From an archaeon (GTDB lineage Archaea > Nanobdellota > Nanobdellia > Pacearchaeales > GW2011-AR1), in NCBI GenBank assembly GCA_043810775.1, contig JBDRNU010000012.1:1-18484 (forward strand): 18,484 nucleotides of DNA, read 5' to 3'. Positions within the stretch are counted from its first letter, which is position 1. Every line of letters begins with the position of its first letter. Position numbers and translations under genes: made by a program. The notes beneath the pieces were generated by a model, which was not told the origin of the DNA, made no database searches, and was given only the letters and a program-made list of their open reading frames with translations. Below are positions 8,346 to 16,028 of this stretch, piece after piece.

Positions 8346-9095
8346 ATGGATACCCAAATATTCGTAGACCTTGGAATGACCAAAACTGAAGCTGAGATCT
8401 TTATTGAAATATTAAAACTAAAGGAGACCTTGATAGGGTCCTTAATAAAAAGGACGGGAATGCATAGAGGGACAGTTTATAATTCTGTAAACAACCTGAT
8501 TAAAAAAGGTTTTGTTTGTTTTTCTGATAGGTCTGGAAAAAGATACTATAAGTATTCAGGTGAAAAGATTTTTGAGACAGTTATTGATGAAAAAGAGAGG
8601 AAACTTGAGGAAGAAAAAAAAGAGATAAACAACTTTTTAAAAGAGATAAGTAAAATTAGTGGAGAAGTTAGTAATAAAGTTCAAGTCTTTTATGGAGTTG
8701 AGGCTTTTAAAATGCTTTTCTTAGAAATTTATGAGGAGTGCAAAAAGAATAATTGTGAGTATTTATTTTTAGGAAGAGGGGGAGAAATGCAGGATGCGGC
8801 AGGAGAGAGTTTTTATAAGTATACTCAGAAACTTAAAAAGAAGCTGAAAGTAAAATGTAGGGTTATATTAGATAAACAAACTACTTCACACCCTTATCAT
8901 AAAGTTATAGAGGGAAATTTAAAGTATATTCCAAGTAAGATATACAGCCCAGTCAACTTCTGGATTTATCAAGATACTATACTTTTAGTATTATTTGGAG
9001 GTTTGCCCTTAGTAAGCATAAAGATAAAAAGTAAAGATCTTGCAGATGGATTTAGAAATTATTTTGAATATTTGTGGAAAATGGCTAAAAAATGA
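8346..9095 (+). CDS. TrmB-family transcriptional regulator
   Basis: LGMTKTEAEIF..wHTH (GMHRGTVYNSVNNLIKKGFV), coiled linker, VFYGVE, ending FEYLWKMAKK. Confidence 0.9.
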   Translation: MDTQIFVDLGMTKTEAEIFIEILKLKETLIGSLIKRTGMHRGTVYNSVNNLIKKGFVCFSDRSGKRYYKYSGEKIFETVIDEKERKLEEEKKEINNFLKEISKISGEVSNKVQVFYGVEAFKMLFLEIYEECKKNNCEYLFLGRGGEMQDAAGESFYKYTQKLKKKLKVKCRVILDKQTTSHPYHKVIEGNLKYIPSKIYSPVNFWIYQDTILLVLFGGLPLVSIKIKSKDLADGFRNYFEYLWKMAKK

Positions 9096-9796
9096 CAGCA
9101 AGATACAATATAGGCCTATACTGGAAAGGCAAAAAACAGCCCTTAGAAGTAAGAAAAAAGAATTCTAAAAGCTTAAAGAAAGCATATAAGGAAGGAAGGC
9201 ATAAAAAAGTCTGGGAAGGAAAGCATTTTTCTAAGGAACATAAAGAAAAGCTTAGAAAAAGCAATATAAAAACATGGCAAGATGAAAAGCTAAGGCAGAA
9301 AGTAGACAAGATAATGACTGATTGGTGGAAAGAACATCCGCATATAAAGAAAGCAAGAAGTGAACAGCTGAAAAAATACTATAAAGAAAATCCTAAGGCA
9401 TTCAAGGAATTCATGGAAGGCGGAAAGAATTCCTCACAGCTGACTAGAAAAACTAAATTCAGCTGGAAAGTCAGAAGTATTGGGGAGCAGAAAATAGCTA
9501 ATTTTCTCTATGAGAGAAAAATTAAGGCAGAATATGAAAAAATTACTCTCAAGCTTGACAGCTGGCTGTGCACACCTGATTTTTATCTACCTAGTTTCAA
9601 CGTGTTCGTTGAATATTATGGAGGACATCCTAAAGCTGAAAAAAAGAAACGAAAAAAGAACAAGCTTTATAAAAAATACAAGATTCCTGTAATTGCAATT
9701 ACTCCAGCGGAATTGCGGAATCTTGATAAGCATCTGATTAAGGATGCTGAGAAAAATAAAAGCAAGAATTTTTCCTGGAGGAGATTTAGGATATGA
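9092..9796 (+). CDS. NUMOD3-repeat protein with a C-terminal PD-(D/E)XK-like nuclease domain
   Basis: Two NUMOD3-like motifs (WKGKKQPLEVRKKNS, WEGKHFSKEHKEKLR); VRSIGEQKIANFL..EYE..TPDFYL..VEYYG; ATGA overlap with the TrmB gene. Confidence 0.75.
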   Translation: MTARYNIGLYWKGKKQPLEVRKKNSKSLKKAYKEGRHKKVWEGKHFSKEHKEKLRKSNIKTWQDEKLRQKVDKIMTDWWKEHPHIKKARSEQLKKYYKENPKAFKEFMEGGKNSSQLTRKTKFSWKVRSIGEQKIANFLYERKIKAEYEKITLKLDSWLCTPDFYLPSFNVFVEYYGGHPKAEKKKRKKNKLYKKYKIPVIAITPAELRNLDKHLIKDAEKNKSKNFSWRRFRI

Positions 9797-9912
9797 AAAC
9801 TAACTGGAAAAAAGTCTTTGTAATAATTGTACTATTACTTTTATTTGGGGTAGTAATTACTATTGCCCTAGGAAACATTGACAAGATTGCTATATTATGG
9901 AAGACTCCTTGA
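9793..9912 (+). CDS. 39-aa single-TM peptide (not in ORF track)
   Basis: MKTNWKKVFVIIVLLLLFGVVITIALGNIDKIAILWKTP; ATGA overlap with the upstream stop; ends just before the next promoter. Confidence 0.6.
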   Translation: MKTNWKKVFVIIVLLLLFGVVITIALGNIDKIAILWKTP

Positions 9913-9950
9913 TGCGAAAAGTCTAAAAATTAATATTAACTCTAAGGTTA

Positions 9951-10331
9951 ATGAAAGCGCTCTCTTTAAAACAACCTTGGGCTGAATTAATCCTCCAAGG
10001 AAAGAAGAAAGTTGAAATCCGAAAATGGAATACAAAGTTCAGGGGAGAATTCTTTATTCATGCTTCTAAAGTCCCAGATGAAAAAGCCATGAATAAATTT
10101 AATTTCGCGGAACTGCCTTGTGGATTTATTGTAGGAAAAGCCAGACTGGCAGATGTAAAGAAGTATAAGGATTCTGAAGAATTTAAGAAAGATAAAGAGC
10201 TTCATCTGGCTACAAGTGACTGGGGAGAGTATGGATTTATTCTTGAGAAGGTGGAAAGGGTGGAGGGGGTGGCGTGCAAGGGGAAGTTGGGATTTTGGGA
10301 ATTTAATGGAAAGGTCTTAAAGATTCTCTGA
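9951..10331 (+). CDS. ASCH domain protein
   Basis: KALSLKQPWAELILQGKKKVEIRKW (GxKxxExR), IHAS, KGKLGFWE. Confidence 0.92.
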   Translation: MKALSLKQPWAELILQGKKKVEIRKWNTKFRGEFFIHASKVPDEKAMNKFNFAELPCGFIVGKARLADVKKYKDSEEFKKDKELHLATSDWGEYGFILEKVERVEGVACKGKLGFWEFNGKVLKIL

Positions 10332-10824
10332 CACTTACAATCAACTTATCCTGCATACTTTTATCAAAAGATTTGAATAAAACAACATCTCTTCTATCTT
10401 CTTCATATAGATTCAATTTAGATAAAATTGAGTATCCCATACATCCCATTAATTCTATTAAATCATGCTGAGTTTCTCTTGCATCTACTATCATTGCATC
10501 ACAGTCTCTTTTATCTTCTACTTCTGCTTGTCTAATGAGAAATTGAGCGAGATATCTTCCCCTAGCCTGAGGATTTATTCTGAGATTTTTCATCTCTCTT
10601 ACTCTTGGAAGTTCCTTATGCAGTTGCCAAACAATATCTCCTACTAAAATTCCATTAGAATAAGCGAGGCCTGCTCTTTTGTATCCTGAATGCAGTTCTG
10701 ATTCTGCCTTTTGCACCCATTCATCATAATGTGGATATTGTAAATCTTGTCTTGCGAGAAAATCTACTGTTTGTCTTACTTCTTCTGCAGTTTGTACTGA
10801 TCTAAAGGCGAAGTCAAATGGCAT
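10303..10824 (-). CDS. GNAT family N-acetyltransferase
   Basis: MKNLRINPQARGRYLAQFLI acetyl-CoA motif A-like; MGY motif; N-terminal YPHYDEW. Confidence 0.78.
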   Translation of the reverse strand: MPFDFAFRSVQTAEEVRQTVDFLARQDLQYPHYDEWVQKAESELHSGYKRAGLAYSNGILVGDIVWQLHKELPRVREMKNLRINPQARGRYLAQFLIRQAEVEDKRDCDAMIVDARETQHDLIELMGCMGYSILSKLNLYEEDRRDVVLFKSFDKSMQDKLIVSVRESLRPFH

Positions 10825-10881
10825 GACTATTTATCTTATTTAGATTTATAAGAATTATTATGTTGGAAGATATATGGTGAG

Positions 10882-10934
10882 TAAAATGCCAATTTAGAAA
10901 ATAGCCGCCGCCACGCTCGCTGAAGGCGAGCGTG
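10882..10934 (+). repeat. Dispersed GC-rich hairpin repeat, copy 1
   Basis: CACGCTCGC (10912-10920)-TGAAG-GCGAGCGTG (10926-10934) is a perfect 9-bp stem; 10898-10921 is 23/24 identical to 18461-18484. Confidence 0.85.
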
Positions 10935-10997
10935 CACCGAAAGATTTATTGCTTTCTAGTATAGAATTATTTAAATACCTTAAAATAAACCAAAAGC

Positions 10998-11420
10998 ATG
11001 GGAAAGGCTAAAAATACAACTCAAGCAGCTGCAGAGAGAGGAGAGTACGATATTTTAGGAAATACAGTAGAAGAGCTTGCTGGAGAGTTTTATTTCTGGG
11101 ATGTTATAAAAGTGTTTAAAGCAGAGCATGGACTAGACGAAATTGATTATAGTGATAGAGTTCCAGTACAAGTAGGAAAGAGAAAAGGAGAGTATAGGGG
11201 TATTGAGCAGCATATTGATGCACCTCAAGCAATAACAGTTGAATTAAGAAAGCCACTAGGGGGAGAGAAAGTCAAACCTCAGATAGTAATTCCTTCAACT
11301 TTTGAATATAAAGGGCATAATATTCCTGTAAGAGGGTGGTATGATGAAAGATTTCCAGAGGGTTTTGGAGGAAATCATGGATCTTTTCATTATGGAGCTG
11401 ATGGTGCTCTTTATGGTTAA
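10998..11420 (+). CDS. Hypothetical protein
   Basis: 140 aa; TTTAAATA at 10970, 28 nt upstream; Gly/aromatic C-terminal tail. Confidence 0.75.
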   Translation: MGKAKNTTQAAAERGEYDILGNTVEELAGEFYFWDVIKVFKAEHGLDEIDYSDRVPVQVGKRKGEYRGIEQHIDAPQAITVELRKPLGGEKVKPQIVIPSTFEYKGHNIPVRGWYDERFPEGFGGNHGSFHYGADGALYG

Positions 11421-11459
11421 CAAGGTAGTGGGCAAGCTAGATTGCAATTAAGAGAAAAT

Positions 11460-12206
11460 TTATTTCTTAGCTATTTTCCAGAGTAGATTAAACTGTTCCT
11501 TAAAATCATTGGTCATTTCTTTATTTTTAATTAAAATAGTAATTATAGGATCTTTTTCAATAGTTATCAAAGTTACATCACCTAAAGTTTGAATAGAAGT
11601 CATTGAAGGATGGGGAAGATATTTGATTTTGGAATTATCCTGAGAGTAAAATTTATCTTTTCTTGCTTCTTCTGCTGCAATCTTTAAAGTTTTTAATTTC
11701 AATTCTTTTCTTTTTTTATAAACATAAAACTCAAGTAAATTCTGGAGCTCTTTAGAATATTTTTTTCTTTCAACAATACTATATACAAAAAGATTCTTAT
11801 CCTTATCAGCTTCTTTGAATAATAAAGAATAAGCTGTTCTTTGCCCTTGAACTCCAAAGAATATCTCTACAAAAGTTTTTTCTTTAACTTGATTATATCT
11901 TTGCTTTAATTTTGGAAGTTCTTGATTAAACTCTTTTCTTTTTTCTAAAAGGCTATTAATATTTTCAGTTACATAATCAGTTATTCTGTCAGGGGGAGAA
12001 GGCACGAATAATTTGACTTTATTCTTCACAATATAGCTAACTAATCCTTTTCTTTTTAGTGAATCAAGAACTTCGTATATCCTGCCAGAATTTAATCCTG
12101 CTTTCTTAAGTATATCGCCTGATTTTGCCTCTCCTAAATCTAACAAAGCAAGATAAACTTTAGACTCAGTGGGAGTTAAGCCTATTTTCTCTAATATTTC
12201 TTTCAT
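11460..12206 (-). CDS. TrmB-family transcriptional regulator
   Basis: LEKIGLTPTESKVYLALL, RIYEVLDSLKRKGLVS, IFFGVQG, FNLLWKIAKK. Confidence 0.92.
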   Translation of the reverse strand: MKEILEKIGLTPTESKVYLALLDLGEAKSGDILKKAGLNSGRIYEVLDSLKRKGLVSYIVKNKVKLFVPSPPDRITDYVTENINSLLEKRKEFNQELPKLKQRYNQVKEKTFVEIFFGVQGQRTAYSLLFKEADKDKNLFVYSIVERKKYSKELQNLLEFYVYKKRKELKLKTLKIAAEEARKDKFYSQDNSKIKYLPHPSMTSIQTLGDVTLITIEKDPIITILIKNKEMTNDFKEQFNLLWKIAKK

Positions 12207-12240
12207 AACTTATCAAAATCAATCTCCTATATAAATCTTA

Positions 12241-12271
12241 TTATTACTCCACACTGTAGGTGGGGTAATAA
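12241..12271. promoter_or_regulatory. Inverted repeat, putative operator between the TrmB and J-domain genes
   Basis: TTATTACTCCAC-N7-GTGGGGTAATAA (11/12 paired), next to the TrmB gene's TATA at 12228-12235. Confidence 0.65.
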
Positions 12272-12312
12272 ATAAAAGCAGGAAACTAGAGTCAGAGTCA
12301 GGAGAAAATAAA

Positions 12313-12975
12313 ATGATAAATATGACTTTAGACGATGCTTGCAGAATTTTGAATATATCTGGAGATGCAGATATAGGTTCAATAAAAAAAGCTTATAGAA
12401 AAAAAGCTATTGAAACTCATCCAGATCTAACTAAAGATAACGGGGAAAGATTTAAATTAGTGAATACTGCTTATGAATTTCTCAAAAACAATTTTAGCTT
12501 TCTGAAAACAAAGAAAGTTGTAGATATTCCTGTAAATCCTGATAATTACTGGGATGGCTTGATTATGCGCATGGATCCTATAGAAAAAAGATTTAGATTT
12601 AGTGCAGATGTGCCTGACTGTGAATGGGATTTAAGAAATAAGTATGTCCTGCTTAAGGGTGTAGGAGCTATTAGCAAGCAGTGGGGAGTTATATTAGTTT
12701 CATATGATATTGATAGGTGCCCTATTCATTATAATTTAATATGGGAATATAGGAATCATGTAGATAACGCTCGTGTAGATTGTTTAGGAGGAGGCTGGCT
12801 GGATATTGATTGGAGCAGAAACTTAGATAGTGGAGATGCCACAATAAAAACATATGGGGAAAGTGGAGATTATGGACCGCCTGCAAGCTTGTTATTAGTC
12901 AGGACTTGCCTGGATTCAATGGTTAATGACTATCTTGGATATACTAAAGAGTATATGACTTTTGATATTAAGTGA
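12313..12975 (+). CDS. J-domain protein fused to a Janus/Ocnus (PHPT1-like) phosphohistidine phosphatase-like domain
   Basis: IKKAYRKKAIETHPD J-domain (aa 5-58); C-terminal KYVLL, H139, CLGGG, YGESGDYGP; GGAG SD at 12301. Confidence 0.8.
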   Translation: MINMTLDDACRILNISGDADIGSIKKAYRKKAIETHPDLTKDNGERFKLVNTAYEFLKNNFSFLKTKKVVDIPVNPDNYWDGLIMRMDPIEKRFRFSADVPDCEWDLRNKYVLLKGVGAISKQWGVILVSYDIDRCPIHYNLIWEYRNHVDNARVDCLGGGWLDIDWSRNLDSGDATIKTYGESGDYGPPASLLLVRTCLDSMVNDYLGYTKEYMTFDIK

Positions 12976-12999
12976 GGGGGAAAAGTCTAAAAATTGCCA

Positions 13000-13614
13000 T
13001 TAGACTTCTAATCTTTCTATTGACCTTTTAAGATTTCCTCTTGCTTGCTGCTCATATTCGGTGAAGAAAAAATCAGTCAAATAAATTCTCTGACTTAAAA
13101 ATCTTTGAAGAATCTGTTTCCTATGAGTCTTGTAAACTTCTTCAGGCACCCAGCTATATTCCTGCCTAATTCCTGTATCAATTTTGAAATAAGGGTCTGG
13201 CTTTCCTAACATTGACAAATCAATATCAAGCATTAATTTACCATCAATATCTTCAGGAATTTCTAAGTATTTTGTCAAAAGAATAAGTCTTGAAACTTCA
13301 TCTGCAAATTCATTTGGCATTTTAAGCTTCTGACAAAGTAAACAAGCAAATTCAGCACTTTTTTCCTCATTGTCTGAACGAGTTGTATCATAAATAATAT
13401 CATGAAACCACAATGCAAATTCCAATTCATTAGGATTGGCTGCAAATTCCTTAACTCTATCAAATTCACTAATTGAGTTAGCAATATGCCAATCAAGTGT
13501 GTGGTAATATCTTAAAGGATGAGAGTATGCTTGCTCAATTAATTTAAAATAGTAGTCAGAATTGCCCTGAGCTCTAACATTTTCAAAAAATTCGTTCCAT
13601 CTATCTTGTATCAT
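13000..13614 (-). CDS. Predicted HD-superfamily metal-dependent phosphohydrolase (COG4339-like)
   Basis: RYYHTL..HI, ALWFHDIIYD, NEEKSA, LDIDLSMLG, IRQEY, R..ILQRFL. Confidence 0.88.
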   Translation of the reverse strand: MIQDRWNEFFENVRAQGNSDYYFKLIEQAYSHPLRYYHTLDWHIANSISEFDRVKEFAANPNELEFALWFHDIIYDTTRSDNEEKSAEFACLLCQKLKMPNEFADEVSRLILLTKYLEIPEDIDGKLMLDIDLSMLGKPDPYFKIDTGIRQEYSWVPEEVYKTHRKQILQRFLSQRIYLTDFFFTEYEQQARGNLKRSIERLEV

Positions 13615-14156
13615 TTTCCAAACCTATCGGCAAACATTTGGTAAACCTCCTCAGGAACATACTTCTTGATTACGTCCTGCCAACCTTCAGGACCAATCAA
13701 ACCTTTAACTAAGCTAGAACTAATCTCTGCAGATTTTCTTGGAGGAATTAAAAAAATAGTAGTTATACCATATTCATTTCCGTTAGAAAAATTTATGATA
13801 TCTTCATTTATATAGCGCATTGCCCTCTCATATTCATAATCTTGGTTGTTCCTTATCCCCCTAATAAGATATTTAGCGTCCTTTGATTTTGCATATTGTA
13901 CAAGATATTTGAAATCAAAGCTGTCAATCTCAATATTAGGACAATCTTTAGTCACTTGAGCAATCATAGAAATCCTTTCTTCTAAAGAAAACATTGAAGC
14001 TTTTGCAGGATTAATACCTACGGCAACAATTAGATTATCGAACATATAAGAACCTTCCTGCATCATCCATAAATGTCCGTTAGTTACAGGGTCAAAACTC
14101 CCAGCATATACTGCCTTTATTGGGGTGCTTCTATCTTGTAAGTTTTTATCAACCAT
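13611..14156 (-). CDS. coaD: Bacterial-type pantetheine-phosphate adenylyltransferase
   Basis: AVYAGSFDPVTNGH, FSLEER, LIRGIR...DYEYE, ISSSLVK, YVP. Confidence 0.9.
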   Translation of the reverse strand: MVDKNLQDRSTPIKAVYAGSFDPVTNGHLWMMQEGSYMFDNLIVAVGINPAKASMFSLEERISMIAQVTKDCPNIEIDSFDFKYLVQYAKSKDAKYLIRGIRNNQDYEYERAMRYINEDIINFSNGNEYGITTIFLIPPRKSAEISSSLVKGLIGPEGWQDVIKKYVPEEVYQMFADRFGK

Positions 14157-14207
14157 GACTAATTAAATATTACTATCAAAATAAAATCTTCGAGAGTAAT
14201 TTTTGAG

Positions 14208-14241
14208 AAAAAGGTAAAATTTATAAATATATTACCTTTTT
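14208..14241. promoter_or_regulatory. Perfect 10-bp inverted repeat enclosing the TATA box of the Lrp gene
   Basis: AAAAAGGTAA (14208-14217)-N14-TTACCTTTTT (14232-14241); TTTATAAA at 14220 is 29 nt before ATG 14249. Confidence 0.7.
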
Positions 14242-14248
14242 TAGATAT

Positions 14249-15202
14249 ATGGACTTAATAGATAAAAAATTGATATGCGAACTTGATTTAAATTGCAGAC
14301 TGCCCTTGACAAAAATAGCAAAAAAACTCAGAGTGGGAAGAAATGTTGCTGACTATAGAGTAAAAAATCTTGAAAAACAAGGGATAATAAGAAGATATAT
14401 TTGCTCAGTAAACCTAGGAGTGCTTGGATATAAAACCTATAAAATTTATTTTAAAACAAGAAACATAAAGATAAAAGAGCAAAATTTCATCAGATATATC
14501 TTGAAAGATAAAAGAGCAATACACTTTTTAAAAACAGAAGGAGAGTATGATTATTCTGTAACTGTGGCTGTTAAAAACATTCTCGAATTGGATAAATTTA
14601 TGATGGATTTGAAAAATAAATTCAGAGAACTAATAAAAGAGTATTCAATAAGTATTGTGGTTTATTCAAAAATATTCAAGTTTCAGAAGCTATTCTTAAA
14701 CAACATAAAAGAGGTGAAATTTGAGAGATATTCTGGAGAGGAGAAAATAATTAAGATAGATGAAAAGGACAAGAGGATAATAAATCTTCTTTCACAAAAT
14801 GCTAATTTGCCACTTGTAGATATTGCTGAGAAACTAAGGCTTTCAATAGATATTGTTAAATATAGGATGAAAAATCTATCAAAAAATGTAATAAATTCAT
14901 ATAGGGTAATAATAAATTTCGATAAAATTGGGTATTATCACTATGTTATTATGCTACAAATAAAACAAGCCACTAAACAAGATGAAGAAAAACTGATTTC
15001 TTATTGTTCTCAAAAAAAGAATATTATGTATTGTGTCAAGAGGATAGGAGTATATGATTTTGAAATCAATGCAGCAATTACTGATATAAATGATCTAAAT
15101 AATTTCCTTTCTGAAATCAAGGAAAAATTTGGAGGAATAATTGATTCTTATGGTATTCTGATAAATAGCGAACTAATAAAGCTAAATTATGTGCCTTTTT
15201 GA
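14249..15202 (+). CDS. Lrp/AsnC family regulator with an internal tandem duplication
   Basis: Two HTH+RAM units: MDLIDKKLICELDLNCR..IAKKL..YRVKNL and IDEKDKRIINLLSQNA..IAEKL..YRMKNL; GEYD and GVYD motifs. Confidence 0.92.
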   Translation: MDLIDKKLICELDLNCRLPLTKIAKKLRVGRNVADYRVKNLEKQGIIRRYICSVNLGVLGYKTYKIYFKTRNIKIKEQNFIRYILKDKRAIHFLKTEGEYDYSVTVAVKNILELDKFMMDLKNKFRELIKEYSISIVVYSKIFKFQKLFLNNIKEVKFERYSGEEKIIKIDEKDKRIINLLSQNANLPLVDIAEKLRLSIDIVKYRMKNLSKNVINSYRVIINFDKIGYYHYVIMLQIKQATKQDEEKLISYCSQKKNIMYCVKRIGVYDFEINAAITDINDLNNFLSEIKEKFGGIIDSYGILINSELIKLNYVPF

Positions 15203-15214
15203 GGTTTAAACAGC

Positions 15215-15937
15215 CTATTTTTTAGCAATTTTCCATAATAATTGAAACTGTTTTCTATAAGTTTGAGCAAGAAATTTACTTTCAATAAGCAATCCATGAA
15301 GAGGTTCAGTAAAAGTAATAATAGCCACTTTATCTCCATAAATAAAAGTGGATGTAGGATCAAAGTACTGTTTAGGGAGAAATCTATAGGTAGTAGTTTC
15401 TTTATGCCCAGGAAGATAATTATCTCCTTCTCTAACTAAGACTTTTTCTTTTAATTTACTCTTTTTCATCTGAGAAAAAAACTGTTCCATGATAATAGAG
15501 TCAGTTTGCATGAATTTCTTTTCATCTACTCCAATTACTAAACTTTCCTGACCTTTTTTTAAAGTAGTGAGGATATCTTTTTGAATTACTCTTACTACTT
15601 TTTTTCCAGAATAAAGTGAAGCTTTAGTTTCTTCTTTAGAAGATTTTTGAAACTCCTCAAGTTTGGGAATTACTTCCTCTAATTCTTTAAGTTTGTCTCT
15701 TTCAATTTCAATCAGATGTGAGGGAGAAGCTGCTTCAAAGAATCTTTTATTATCTTTGATTATAAAAGAAGTTAGTCCTTTTTCTTGCAATCTCTCTAAA
15801 GTATCATATACATAAGGCCTATACAAGCCAGATCTTTCAGCTATTTTAGAAACAGTAGAAGGCCCTATTTTCAACAAAGTAAGATAAACTTGGATCTCAT
15901 TTTCAGTTAACCCAGTTTGTTTTAGTATTTCTTTCAT
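15215..15937 (-). CDS. TrmB-family transcriptional regulator
   Basis: GLTENEIQVYLTLL, GLYRPYVYDTLERLQEKGL, IYGDKVAII, FQLLWKIAKK. Confidence 0.92.
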   Translation of the reverse strand: MKEILKQTGLTENEIQVYLTLLKIGPSTVSKIAERSGLYRPYVYDTLERLQEKGLTSFIIKDNKRFFEAASPSHLIEIERDKLKELEEVIPKLEEFQKSSKEETKASLYSGKKVVRVIQKDILTTLKKGQESLVIGVDEKKFMQTDSIIMEQFFSQMKKSKLKEKVLVREGDNYLPGHKETTTYRFLPKQYFDPTSTFIYGDKVAIITFTEPLHGLLIESKFLAQTYRKQFQLLWKIAKK

Positions 15938-15960
15938 AATTTATGTAGGAAGTTAATGTT

Positions 15961-15999
15961 TTTAAAGTTGTCGCTAATTGTACGACAATACTTTAAATA
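15961..15999. promoter_or_regulatory. Divergent TATA boxes flanking a palindromic operator
   Basis: TTTAAAG-TTGTCG-N9-CGACAA-TA-CTTTAAATA; the left TATA is 29 nt from the TrmB ATG. Confidence 0.7.
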
Positions 16000-16028
16000 G
16001 TGATATTAGGATGCTCTGAAGAGTTAAA

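Noticed and set aside
10912-10934. Hairpin as an intrinsic terminator, tRNA fragment or CRISPR repeat
   Set aside because: It sits between divergent genes with no U-tract, no cloverleaf, no regular repeat-spacer period and no cas genes.
12313-12975. Canonical dnaJ chaperone gene
   Set aside because: No G/F-rich region, zinc finger or DnaJ C-terminal domain, and no dnaK/grpE nearby.
13611-14156. NadD or archaeal NMN adenylyltransferase call
   Set aside because: GSFDPVTNGH, RGIR...DYEYE and ISSS.VK are characteristic of bacterial CoaD.
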